The position numbers and the translations under genes are program-made. A model generated the notes under the pieces. The model searched no databases and had not been told where the DNA came from. It saw nothing but the letters and a program-made list of their open reading frames with translations. Positions 40,182 to 49,263 of a stretch of DNA of 50,007 nucleotides are shown one piece after another. The first letter of the stretch is position 1, and every line of letters begins with the position of its first letter. The stretch is taken from assembly GCA_031416315.1 (NCBI GenBank), contig JANOTL010000122.1, positions 1 through 50,007 of the forward strand. The letters run 5' to 3'. Source of the stretch: Pseudomonadota bacterium (GTDB taxonomy: Bacteria; Bdellovibrionota_B; Oligoflexia; Oligoflexales; CAIYRB01).

Positions 40182-40562
40182 ATGTCCAACCAACTTGATG
40201 GTCGCAACCGCCGGCAGAAGCAGCGTTTCAATATACGCCTGCAGGTGGTCGTCATCGTCGAGCGGCAGGGCATCCGTCGTCCGTACTCCTTCGTCACGCG
40301 CAACATTAGCGAGAGCGGGCTCTTCATTTACGGCGGCCAAGATTTCGTCCCAGCCAACGAGGACAAGTTCCTGGAGCTTACGATCCAGCTCGAAGAGAGT
40401 GGTGACGGCATTACCATCGGTACCGAGATCATGCACCGCCAGGGCGACTCGATGAACGGCTTCGGCCTGCGCATCTCCCGGATCGACGAGGATGACCTTC
40501 GCCGCCTGTCGGAATTCATCCACGACTATGCGACGAAGTATCCGGAATCACTGGTCGAGTGA
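40182..40562 (+). CDS. PilZ domain protein
   Basis: RxxxR (RQKQR) and NxSxxG (NISESG) c-di-GMP motifs; GGAG RBS. Confidence 0.85.
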   Translation: MSNQLDGRNRRQKQRFNIRLQVVVIVERQGIRRPYSFVTRNISESGLFIYGGQDFVPANEDKFLELTIQLEESGDGITIGTEIMHRQGDSMNGFGLRISRIDEDDLRRLSEFIHDYATKYPESLVE

Positions 40563-42254
40563 CGACTCCTCGCCGAGCAGATTGCTGCCGCCCTCGTACG
40601 CGGTGCCGTCCGCCAGCGTGAGCTTCACCACGCCCGAGTAGAAGTGAAACGACGCGCCGATCTTCCGCGGCTCCAGCGCCAAGCTGAGCTTCGCGCCCGT
40701 CAGCGCCGCCGCGCTAAGATTACAGAACGGATCGCCGCGCCCCGGCTCGGTCTGCGGCGCAAGCCCGAAGCCCAAGGCGAGCGGCTCTTCCACCTCGGCC
40801 GTCACCGTCAGGATCCCGGTCTCTGGATCGTGCGACGCCGACTCGATGGCGTTGGCGCCGTCGTCGAGCTTGAGCGCGACGTGAGCGCTGCCGTCTTCTG
40901 CCGGCTCGAGCGTGAGGCTTGCATTGATCCAGAGCGCCATCCCCACGTCCGGGGCCGTCGCCGCCTCGGCGCCTGCCCGAAGCGCCGCCGTGAACGTTTC
41001 GAAGCGCCCGGACTCCGCGGTGCGCACGGCGCTCTCTACCGCTGCGGCCGTGTCCACCGCGGCGCTAAGCTCCGCCAGCTCCAGCCCGTAGGCCGGATCG
41101 CTGGCCGCGAACATGCCGGCGTAAGCTGGCTCGGCGCGCACGACCGGATAGCTCACCGGCTCCGCCCACGCGGGCACCGCCTTCGTAAACAAGTAATCGT
41201 TGACCGAGGGCTCTCCCCCGTCGCGGGCGGCGAAGGGACGCAGAGCTTTTGCCAGAGCCTCGCCCCGCTCGGCGTCGGCGAGCGGGGCGAGCCCGGGAGC
41301 CGCGGCGGACGCTGGTCCGTCTTCCACCGCCGTGATCATCATCGCCGGGGTCGCCGCGTCTGGCGCTAGCTCTGGCGTCGCGACCGGCGTGCCGGTCTCG
41401 GGTACGAACACGTCTTTGTTCGCCGCGCCGAAGATCGAAGACACGCGCGCCTTCTCGAGATTCATTGCCGCCTGCCGCGCCTGTGGCGCTCGCGTGCCGG
41501 TGAACCAGCCGACGAGCGTGCCGTCGGCTAGGAGAGAGTGGAGCTTCTCGACTTTGGCCGCATCGAACTTACCTTCGAAGAATCGGGTTTTGAACACGCC
41601 CTCGCTCCAAAGGCAGCCAGCGTAGTTCCGTGGCCCGGACCCTGCCGGCCCGCACGCTTCGCCTCCGAGCAAGCCCGCCTTCGCGTAGTGCGGCTCGCAC
41701 GCCGCCAGGGGAATCGGCCTTTCGAGGTACAGCGCGGCTAAGGACTTCGCCGTCGTCGCCAGCTCCCAGATCTTCGCTTCGCAGTAGGCGCCGAGCGCCG
41801 CTTCCGCTCGTGGCGTCCCGTCAGTGAACTGCTCGAGCCAGATCGTCGCGGCCGCCCAACGCGCCACGCGCACGTTCTCGCCCGAAGCGGCCTCGGTCTC
41901 AACACGACTCAGCTCGTCCACGAGCGCAAGGCGCGTGGCGGCCTTAGGCGCCAGCTCATTTTTCCGGAACCCCAGCCACGCGGCCTTCGTGAGCCGCGTC
42001 TCGCTCGCGGCGTCGATGAGGCGGGCGAGCCCCTCGGCCGAGGCGTCCGGCCGAAAGAGCACCACCGAGCCAAGATATCGGCGGACCGCCGCGAGGCGCC
42101 CCGGCTGCAAATGATCCGCAGAGATGTCGGCCTCGGGGAGCGTCAGCTTCCCGCTTTCCACCTCGTGCGCCCGCAGGGGTTGATTGGAGCGGCAGCCCGA
42201 GAGCCAAACCGCGATCAACGACGCCAGCGCCAGGGAAAAGCGGGAACCCGTCAT
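40548..42254 (-). CDS. Hypothetical lipoprotein
   Basis: WLSGC lipobox; ATGA overlap with the upstream gene; several Cys in the mature part. Confidence 0.75.
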   Translation of the reverse strand: MTGSRFSLALASLIAVWLSGCRSNQPLRAHEVESGKLTLPEADISADHLQPGRLAAVRRYLGSVVLFRPDASAEGLARLIDAASETRLTKAAWLGFRKNELAPKAATRLALVDELSRVETEAASGENVRVARWAAATIWLEQFTDGTPRAEAALGAYCEAKIWELATTAKSLAALYLERPIPLAACEPHYAKAGLLGGEACGPAGSGPRNYAGCLWSEGVFKTRFFEGKFDAAKVEKLHSLLADGTLVGWFTGTRAPQARQAAMNLEKARVSSIFGAANKDVFVPETGTPVATPELAPDAATPAMMITAVEDGPASAAAPGLAPLADAERGEALAKALRPFAARDGGEPSVNDYLFTKAVPAWAEPVSYPVVRAEPAYAGMFAASDPAYGLELAELSAAVDTAAAVESAVRTAESGRFETFTAALRAGAEAATAPDVGMALWINASLTLEPAEDGSAHVALKLDDGANAIESASHDPETGILTVTAEVEEPLALGFGLAPQTEPGRGDPFCNLSAAALTGAKLSLALEPRKIGASFHFYSGVVKLTLADGTAYEGGSNLLGEESSLDQ

Positions 42255-43105
42255 TGCTTTTGCTTCTTCGCGGCCTGCATCAATGCCAACTCGCCGCGCG
42301 TCTCCGCCTCGAAGCCGATCGGCAGCACGTTCTCGGCGATCAGCTCCTCGATCTCCGCGACGGCGTCGGCGAGCACCTGATCCGCTGGCGCCGCTTGGCC
42401 GTTGAACTGCAGGACTTCCGCTTGATGGCGGTAGTTGGCGTAGTAGTCGGCGCCCGAGATCTCCCAGCCCGGCAGCGGCTCGGCCCGGATCGCGCGGTCG
42501 ATCATGACGGCGGCCTTGGCGCCGTTCGGCAGGCCGTCACGCAAGAGCGACGACAGTTGGTTGGCGTAAATCGCGGCGAGAACGCGGGCCATGCCGCCGC
42601 CGAAATAGCGACCGTCGATGCCCAGCGTCGCCTTGATCTCGAGATCCGGGTCGATCATCTCGTTGAAGTAGCGCTTGATCTCTGGGAGCTGTGTCAAACG
42701 CTCGGCGAGCGACGCGTACTTCATCCACTGTGCCGTGCAGGTCATGCGCCAGTACGCGTAAATCGTGATCTGCGAGGCGTCGCCGGCGAGCTTCGCGGCC
42801 CAGTCACGGCACTCAGAGAAGAGCTGCGTACGGCGCGCACGGTAGTCTCCGGTGTCCGGGAGCAGGTAAAGCCCTTCATACATGTTGACGCGGCCGATTT
42901 GCTGCACGGCATACGCCAGATCGGCTCCGCGGGTCGTGCCGCCGACCCGGACGTACTCGGCGCGCGCGGCGGCGACGGCGGCGGGATTGCCTTCGCGGAG
43001 CGCGAATTGCGCGTCGGCCGCGTCGAAGACGCCTGCTTGCGCGACGCCGACGGCGCCGCAAGTCAACAAGCTGGCTACGAGAGCCTTGAAGAGGTTCGTG
43101 CGCAT
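42251..43105 (-). CDS. Secreted alpha-helical/TPR-like protein (TatT-like)
   Basis: Signal peptide ending AQA; helical repeats; YFGGGMARVLAAIY resembles TatT-type proteins. Confidence 0.55.
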   Translation of the reverse strand: MRTNLFKALVASLLTCGAVGVAQAGVFDAADAQFALREGNPAAVAAARAEYVRVGGTTRGADLAYAVQQIGRVNMYEGLYLLPDTGDYRARRTQLFSECRDWAAKLAGDASQITIYAYWRMTCTAQWMKYASLAERLTQLPEIKRYFNEMIDPDLEIKATLGIDGRYFGGGMARVLAAIYANQLSSLLRDGLPNGAKAAVMIDRAIRAEPLPGWEISGADYYANYRHQAEVLQFNGQAAPADQVLADAVAEIEELIAENVLPIGFEAETRGELALMQAAKKQKQ

Positions 43106-43182
43106 GCTCGTAAATCCTTTATGTGGTGAACGTGCCCCTAACTTAGTTATGATTCGCCGCCGTTACAAGGGGAGTCATGACT

Positions 43183-43527
43183 ATGGCAATCACCATCTTC
43201 GATAAGATCCTCGCTAAGGAAGTCCCCGCCAACGTCGTGTACGAAGACGATTGGGTCCTGGCCTTTCGCGACATCAACCCTCAGGCGCCCGTCCACGTCG
43301 TCGTGATCCCCAAACGCAAGCTCGAGCGCTTCGCCGAGCTCAAGGACCGCGACGCGGTCGAGGTGGGCGAGTTTTTCAAGCGTGTGGCCAAGGTGGCGGG
43401 AGAGCTCAAGCTCGAAGCGAACGGCTATCGCGTCGTGGTCAACAATGGACGCGATGGCCAGCAGTCGGTCGATTACATCCACGCGCACATTTTAGGCGGA
43501 CGCGGGCTCAATTGGCCGCCAGGTTAA
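43183..43527 (+). CDS. HIT family nucleotide-binding hydrolase (HinT-like)
   Basis: TIFDKI, AFRDINPQAPVH, GYRVVVN, IHAHILGGR, WPPG. Confidence 0.92.
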   Translation: MAITIFDKILAKEVPANVVYEDDWVLAFRDINPQAPVHVVVIPKRKLERFAELKDRDAVEVGEFFKRVAKVAGELKLEANGYRVVVNNGRDGQQSVDYIHAHILGGRGLNWPPG

Positions 43528-43946
43528 CGCACGACCCGAAGGGTCGGCGCCTTCGCGAGCTTCGCCGCCGTCTCGCCGACCTGATCCAAAAACGCCTTCG
43601 TGTCGGCGATACTCTTCTCGACCGCTTTCTCACCGAACAGCTCAACGGCGCTCCGTCGCACCAGATCCGCGAAGCAGGCCTGCGTGAGCACCGTAACGCC
43701 TAGCTGCCGCTCGAACGCGGCACCATCGATCCGGAGCTCGGCCAAAAGGGCCGCCATCCCTACCGTGTCGACCGTGCGCTCGGCTCCAGCTCCCTTGATC
43801 GTCCACGATGCGGGCAGCTTGGCGCGCGTCCAGAGGATCTCGACCTCGACGGCGCTCTCCGCGACAGGCACCCGCCAATAGAGCTTCTCGTCGAGCGACA
43901 GGCGGTCGACGAAGACCAACAGTGAGGAGAGCGGGGCCGAAAGCAT
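43524..43946 (-). CDS. Hypothetical protein
   Basis: Protein-like 140-aa ORF ending in PTLRVVR; fills the gap between HIT and the next gene. Confidence 0.7.
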   Translation of the reverse strand: MLSAPLSSLLVFVDRLSLDEKLYWRVPVAESAVEVEILWTRAKLPASWTIKGAGAERTVDTVGMAALLAELRIDGAAFERQLGVTVLTQACFADLVRRSAVELFGEKAVEKSIADTKAFLDQVGETAAKLAKAPTLRVVR

Positions 43947-44050
43947 GCGACGGAACCTCCAGGTTCCGTCTCAGCAAGCTTTGCGCCAAATGTAACTATC
44001 TAATTTCAAAGGAAATTGCCGAGCGATCGGCGCCGCCGGCCGTCCAAGCT

Positions 44051-44470
44051 TCAGGCGTGCGCCTCGCGCAGGAAGTCCTGGCGGACCTGCTTCAGCCGCT
44101 CCGCGACCTGCGAGACGGCTTGGCTCATGATCTCCAGCTCCCAGGTGTCGCCCTTGAGGTGTTGCTGCAGGTCGATGACCCAGCCGATCATGTCGTCGAT
44201 GAATTTCCCGGCGTCGTCGGCCATCGTATCGTTGAAGACCTTGCCGATGACGCGAAGCCAGTGCTCGTCGTCCTTGCCGAGCAGGTTCACGAAGTTGTTC
44301 AGTCGCGTCGTCGCCTCGCTTTCCTGCCAACCGCCGGCGATGCGGAAGGGGAAATGCGCATGGTCCTTCTTGTGGAGCCAGAGCTTCGAGTGGCCGCCGA
44401 GGTTCAGGACCTCGTAATCCGCCGGCTCGGCGCCGTGGAAACCATCGGGTCGCTTCCACACGACGTGCAT
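44051..44470 (-). CDS. Hypothetical protein (139 aa)
   Basis: GAGGAG RBS then ATG 44470 (MHVVWKRPDGF...); strong GC3 codon bias. Confidence 0.82.
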   Translation of the reverse strand: MHVVWKRPDGFHGAEPADYEVLNLGGHSKLWLHKKDHAHFPFRIAGGWQESEATTRLNNFVNLLGKDDEHWLRVIGKVFNDTMADDAGKFIDDMIGWVIDLQQHLKGDTWELEIMSQAVSQVAERLKQVRQDFLREAHA

Positions 44471-44557
44471 GAGGCTCCTCCTGGGAATCTGCTGAAGACC
44501 GAGCGATTTTAGCATGATATTAAGGGCCATGCTACAGCCCACTACGCAGGACGGCCC

Positions 44558-45727
44558 ATGACTTTGCCCCTGACCGGATACCACAGTCTCGAGCAGTACG
44601 TCACGAACCTCGAGCGCACCGAGGCCTTCTATGCCAAGAGCTTCGGGTTCAAGCGCATCGGCCGCTCCAAGCCCGAGGCCGAGAAGCGCGAAGGCATGCG
44701 CCGCATCGTCATGGCCGGCGGCCGCAACATCCACATCATCGTGTCGCAGCCGATCGAGCCCTGGTCGGTCGCCGCGGGCTACCTGAAGCTGCATCCCGAG
44801 GGCATCGGCTTCCTGAACTTCCGCGTCTCGAACCTCGACAAGGCGATCCAGTATCTCAAGCCCCGTCGCGCCAATTTCCTTTATGAGCCGCAGATCGCGC
44901 GCGACGACAAGGGCGTCATGGCGCAGGTCGCGATCGCCACGGCGCTCGACGACGTCGGTTACCGCTTCATCGACGACTCCGAGTACAAGGGCTTTGGCCC
45001 GAGCTTCGACATGGACCAGCCGGCCGGCTCCTACGAGTCGCCATACGGTCTCCGGGACATCGACCACGTCACCTCGAACGTGCGCGCGCTGCAGCCGCTC
45101 GCCGCGTTCTACATGCAGGTGCTCGGCTTCGAGAAGTTTTGGGAAGTCGAGTTCCACACCAACGACGTCAACCCGAACCTGCCCGTGGGCTCCGGACTCT
45201 ACTCGGAGGTGCACTGGCACCCGGGCTCGGGCATCAAGTTCGCCAACAACGAGCCAATCGCCCCCTTCTTCCGCAACAGCCAGATCGACATCTACTGCCG
45301 CGACAACCGCGGCTCCGGCGTCCAGCACGTCGCGTTCGGCGTCTCCGACATCCTGACGACGATGGGCTCTTTGCATCAAAACGGCGTGCAGTTCCTGAAC
45401 GCGCCGTCCTCCTATTACGACAAAGTCGCCGGCCGCCTCGAGAAGGTCGGCTTCAAGGGCAAGATCAAAGAGGACATGCAGGCGATCCAGAAGAACCACA
45501 TTTTGATCGACGGCAGCGAGAAGGGCTACCTCCTGCAGATCTTCGCGCACGAGCAGGCCCGCCTGTTCAAGGACCCGAGCGCCGGTCCCCTCTTCTACGA
45601 GGTGATCCAGCGCGCCGGCGACGAGGGCTTCGGCGGCGGCAACTTCCGAGCGCTTTTCGAGACGATCGAGATCGATCAAATTGCGATGAACAAGGTCGCA
45701 AGTCAGCTGCCGCTCGAAACGATTTGA
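44558..45727 (+). CDS. hppD: 4-hydroxyphenylpyruvate dioxygenase
   Basis: Fe ligands IDHV, VQHVA and FYEVIQR; GYLLQIF; GFGGGNFRALFE. Confidence 0.93.
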   Translation: MTLPLTGYHSLEQYVTNLERTEAFYAKSFGFKRIGRSKPEAEKREGMRRIVMAGGRNIHIIVSQPIEPWSVAAGYLKLHPEGIGFLNFRVSNLDKAIQYLKPRRANFLYEPQIARDDKGVMAQVAIATALDDVGYRFIDDSEYKGFGPSFDMDQPAGSYESPYGLRDIDHVTSNVRALQPLAAFYMQVLGFEKFWEVEFHTNDVNPNLPVGSGLYSEVHWHPGSGIKFANNEPIAPFFRNSQIDIYCRDNRGSGVQHVAFGVSDILTTMGSLHQNGVQFLNAPSSYYDKVAGRLEKVGFKGKIKEDMQAIQKNHILIDGSEKGYLLQIFAHEQARLFKDPSAGPLFYEVIQRAGDEGFGGGNFRALFETIEIDQIAMNKVASQLPLETI

Positions 45728-46389
45728 TGGACGCGGTCCGCCCGAGCCTTTGGATCCTCGAGGACGACGCGGGCATCCGCTTCGTCTACGAGGAGCTACT
45801 TGGCGTGCGCTATTCGCTGCGACTGTTCGCCACGCTCGCGAGCTTCAAGCTCGCTTGGGCGGAGGACACCGGCCGTCGTCCGGACATGATGATCGCCGAC
45901 TTGAATCTCGGCGGTCAGTCGTTTCTCGCCTACGTCGCGTCCAGCGAGGCGGTCGCGCTGCGCCGCATCCCGATCCTCGTCGTCTCGTCCTCCGACGACG
46001 TCGAGATCCTCCGCGACTGCTTCAACAGCGGCGTCGAGGATTATCTCACCAAGCCCTTCGGCCGCTCGGAGCTGATCGTCAAGATCGACCGCATTCTGCA
46101 GAGCTCCAAAAATGGCGTCGTCGACCTCGACAGCCCGGAGCTCATGCGCGGACTGGAAGGTGACCTGGCGCTCACCGCCAAGGAGTTTCAAATCCTCGCC
46201 GCGCTCCGGCAGGCCCGCGCGGCCGCCGCGAAGGAAGACATCATCATGGCCGTCTGGGGCAAGCGCAGGCTAGGCCCGAAGACCTTCGACGTCCATCTGC
46301 ACAACTTGCGCCGCAAGCTCGCGAGCCTGAACGTGCGGATCGATTTCCAGCCACCGAATCGCTATGCCCTGATCTACTCCCGCGACTGA
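45727..46389 (+). CDS. OmpR/PhoB-type response regulator (orphan)
   Basis: ILEDD, MIADL, YLTKPF receiver; LTAKEFQIL and DVHLHNLRRKL winged helix; TGATG coupling to hppD. Confidence 0.88.
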   Translation: MDAVRPSLWILEDDAGIRFVYEELLGVRYSLRLFATLASFKLAWAEDTGRRPDMMIADLNLGGQSFLAYVASSEAVALRRIPILVVSSSDDVEILRDCFNSGVEDYLTKPFGRSELIVKIDRILQSSKNGVVDLDSPELMRGLEGDLALTAKEFQILAALRQARAAAAKEDIIMAVWGKRRLGPKTFDVHLHNLRRKLASLNVRIDFQPPNRYALIYSRD

Positions 46390-46394
46390 GCGTG

Positions 46395-47357
46395 TCACAC
46401 GACGCGCAAGGTCGCCGGCCGCCGGATGCGAGGCCATAGCGGCGAGGTCTCGCTACTGACGCGCGCGTCCTCCGCAAAGGCCTTCAGGATGAACATGTGG
46501 TCCCGCCCGCCTTCCGGCGTGAGATCCAGGAATTCGCACCGCTCTAGCCGGAGCCTGCCGCACGGCGCAGCCGGGCCAGGTCGCGTCCTTCCCAACCACG
46601 CGGCGACGGCGTCGAGCTCCTCGCGCCTCGACGTTTCGAGCCCACTCTCTTGTACCGCCAACCGGTCGACGCAAGCCCCTGTCGCGGCCGCGGAGGCCGC
46701 GCCTGCCGACGTGCCGATGCCGAAACCAAAGATCGGCTCGGCAAGCGGATCTAGTGGCATGCCCACGACGGCTGCTAGGGCGGCGCGCGGATCGGAGGAG
46801 GGGAGGCGCCGCTCGCGCAGCTCAAAACGATCCGCGAGCTTCGTTCCAAGGGCCTGCGCCGACACCGACAACGCGCGCTCTTCGAGCGCATTGCGTTGTG
46901 TCCAAGCGCGTTCGACCGCATCCCGCAAGACCAGGTCGAGCCCCGCAGCATCGCGCACCGCATAGAAGTTGCGTCCGACCGCGACGCTGCCAGCGGCTGC
47001 GAAGCCGGGAACCGCCATCGGCAAGACAGCGCTCTTCGCTCGCTTCGTCACGCAGGTCAGGTCTAAATCCAGAAGCCTCACGGTCTCCTCGGGCTCGGCG
47101 AGCTTCTCCAGCTGCGCAATGTCCTTCAACAGCTCGTAATAGGCCGTGCGCAACGCCGACTCGTCGCCCGCGACGCCTCGCCCGATCGCGATGCCCGCCG
47201 GACCGTGGCTCGTAGCCACGACGATTTGCGCGCTCCACCGCCCGGCGCCCACGGCCGTACGGGAGACGTGCGGCGTGGACCAGCCCGGAGGCGTCGGCCA
47301 AAACTGACAAAGCTCTTTAAGGAGATCGAGGTGTCTCACCCAACAAGCTTCGGACAT
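46395..47357 (-). CDS. Degenerate YcaO-like protein
   Basis: Motif layout GRG...RTAYYELLKD / GSVAVG...LDLVLRDAVERAW / FGFGIG...AASAA matches the YcaO pattern, with catalytic residues altered. Confidence 0.5.
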   Translation of the reverse strand: MSEACWVRHLDLLKELCQFWPTPPGWSTPHVSRTAVGAGRWSAQIVVATSHGPAGIAIGRGVAGDESALRTAYYELLKDIAQLEKLAEPEETVRLLDLDLTCVTKRAKSAVLPMAVPGFAAAGSVAVGRNFYAVRDAAGLDLVLRDAVERAWTQRNALEERALSVSAQALGTKLADRFELRERRLPSSDPRAALAAVVGMPLDPLAEPIFGFGIGTSAGAASAAATGACVDRLAVQESGLETSRREELDAVAAWLGRTRPGPAAPCGRLRLERCEFLDLTPEGGRDHMFILKAFAEDARVSSETSPLWPRIRRPATLRVV

Positions 47358-47442
47358 GAGAGGCCTCGTGTTCGACTTAAGAATTTTTCACTCGTGGTTA
47401 AGGCGCGTTAACTGGCACGATCCAAAGCTCGCTCGCGCTCGT

Positions 47443-47536
47443 GCTCTGCGTCCTTCGCGCCCTTCGCGACAAAGCTCCCTCTTTTTCAAGGAGGCGTTTT
47501 GACGCGAAGGGCGCGGAGGCGCGAAGAGCGCAGAGC
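47443..47536. repeat. REP/MITE-like palindrome built from ~9-bp CGCGAAGGG units
   Basis: Left arm GCTCTGCG-TCCTTCGCG-CCCTTCGCG-ACAAA; right arm TTTTGA-CGCGAAGGG-CGCGGAGG-CGCGAAGAG-CGCAGAGC. Confidence 0.7.
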
Positions 47537-47544
47537 TCAGCAGC

Positions 47545-48279
47545 TCAAAGCTTCCGGATCGTCAGATCGCCCGTCCCCGCCGTCCCCGAGATCGTATACT
47601 TCGCCTCGGCGGAGTCGCCGATCTCGTTCGTCATCGAGCCCATGCCTGCTTTGAACGAGCTCTTCACGCGCGCGTCGCGCGGCAGCCTGACGACGGCGTT
47701 CCCCGTCCCGAGCTTGAGGTCGAGCTTGCCATGCTCCGGCATCTCGGAGAACGCCAGGTCGGCATTGCCCGCCCCGATCTTCAGCTCGCATTCGTCAGCC
47801 GTGCCCGAGAGGGAGACGTTGCCGGCGCCGGAGCGACCCTTGAGGTTCCCGAACGCCGCCTCCGTCGCCGTCACGTTGCCGCGCCCGACCCGGTAGTCGA
47901 GATCGCCGGCAAGACCCGTCAGCTGCACGTCGCCGGTGCCCACGTCGACCGTGACCGAAGCCGCGCGCGGCACGGTCAGATCGAATGCCACCTCGCAGCG
48001 CGACCGGCCGCTTTCCTTCACCACGGCCCGCAGCTCGCCGGCCGTCACGCCGACGTCGAGCGCGCAGCCGGATTCGAAGGCAATCTTGCGGGCTTTCACC
48101 GTCAAGGTGTCGCTGTCGGTCGCCGTGATCGTCACCAGCCCGGAGGCTTGCTCGACGCGCACCTTGACCACGCCGGCGGCCGCGAAGGTTTTGGCAATCG
48201 GCTCGGCCTCCGCTAGAGTGGAGCCCAGAGCCAAGACCCAAAAAGCGAAGCTTACGAATGGCGTCAAAGCGGGGTGCAT
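47545..48279 (-). CDS. DUF4097-like beta-strand repeat secreted protein
   Basis: Signal peptide from ATG 48279; repeats VGTGDV, VGRGNV, SGAGNV, IGAGNA, LGTGNA, AGTGDL. Confidence 0.85.
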   Translation of the reverse strand: MHPALTPFVSFAFWVLALGSTLAEAEPIAKTFAAAGVVKVRVEQASGLVTITATDSDTLTVKARKIAFESGCALDVGVTAGELRAVVKESGRSRCEVAFDLTVPRAASVTVDVGTGDVQLTGLAGDLDYRVGRGNVTATEAAFGNLKGRSGAGNVSLSGTADECELKIGAGNADLAFSEMPEHGKLDLKLGTGNAVVRLPRDARVKSSFKAGMGSMTNEIGDSAEAKYTISGTAGTGDLTIRKL

Positions 48280-48309
48280 CGGCCCCGGAATAGCGGATAT
48301 TGGGGGATC

Positions 48310-49026
48310 ATGCAAGCGCGGATCTCGGCCATTTCGACAGGGATCCTCCTCCTCGCTCTGACGCGGACGGCGGCCGCCGCGAGCGTGCACGAGGACGGCA
48401 AGGCCGGCGTCCGCTTCCCCATCCCGTTCGCCGAGGCGGACGCAAAGACGGCGACGCAAGTCACAGCGCTCGTGCTGGCCGACGGCAAGGCCCGCTTGCC
48501 TGAAGGCGTGGAGATCACCAGCGGCGTCTACTCGCGTGCCGGAACGCCGTATCTCGTCGTTTGGACCAAGCCCGAGGCCCGCCCCCCGACGCAGAAGGAG
48601 GTTTTGGACCTCGCCGCCGCGCCCGGCCTCGGGGGACTCGCTCGCTTGCTTCAGCCGTGGCTGAAGGGCTTTCCGGCCGACCTCCGCTTCGACCGCGACA
48701 CGCTACGCGGCGTGGGCTCGCTCGTGAAGGCGAGCGGAACGCTACGCTCCAAAGTCCTGCTGCAGGTGACCCGCGACGCCTCAGTTTACGTCGCCCTTTT
48801 CTTCGACGATCCTGCCGACTCGGCACAGCTCGACGTCGTAGCGGCGGGGCTGACCGTCCTGCCAGGTCGCAGCATCCGCTTCGCGGAGCTGGCCCCCGGC
48901 GGCCTCGCGCTACGGACGCAGCTAGCGTTCGCGGGCGCCGCGCTTGCGGCGCTGGCCGCCTTCGTCCTGAGACGGCGCCTGGGTCGCAACAAGTTGACTC
49001 AGCCGTCGGCGACGAGTCGGCCTTGA
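48310..49026 (+). CDS. Hypothetical exported protein with C-terminal TM anchor
   Basis: Signal MQARISAISTGILLLALTRTAAA; C-terminal LAFAGAALAALAAFVL-RRR. Confidence 0.75.
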   Translation: MQARISAISTGILLLALTRTAAAASVHEDGKAGVRFPIPFAEADAKTATQVTALVLADGKARLPEGVEITSGVYSRAGTPYLVVWTKPEARPPTQKEVLDLAAAPGLGGLARLLQPWLKGFPADLRFDRDTLRGVGSLVKASGTLRSKVLLQVTRDASVYVALFFDDPADSAQLDVVAAGLTVLPGRSIRFAELAPGGLALRTQLAFAGAALAALAAFVLRRRLGRNKLTQPSATSRP

Positions 49027-49151
49027 GCCTCGCGGCGACGTTCGCCATACTCCACCCGCATCGAGCCGCGATTTTGCGCCAGCCGACGACCCAACTCGAG
49101 TGCGACGAGTTGAATGGCGACGATGGCGAGAAATCCGGCGATCCAGGTCAT
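48999..49151 (-). CDS. Small single-TM protein (50 aa)
   Basis: AAGGAG-N7-ATG; MTWIAGFLAIVAIQLVALELGRR... Confidence 0.55.
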   Translation of the reverse strand: MTWIAGFLAIVAIQLVALELGRRLAQNRGSMRVEYGERRREAQGRLVADG

Positions 49152-49263
49152 GTGTTTGCTCCTTGCCAACTGCTTACCGAAATCGTTTGCTGCCTGTAAA
49201 CAGGAATTTGTCCAGCGGGCCAGTCGACGCCGGAGATCTCGCGGCGCCACTTAGGGATTCTTG

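Noticed and set aside
43950..44020. GACGGAACC-tcca-GGTTCCGTC hairpin and AT-rich tract as a mobile-element end
   Set aside because: No transposase, second end or target duplication; more simply a terminator/promoter region.
44471..45679. Long 542-aa minus-strand ORF overlapping hppD
   Set aside because: Antisense shadow of a high-GC3 gene. Only the last 139 aa (ATG 44470 with RBS) are credible.
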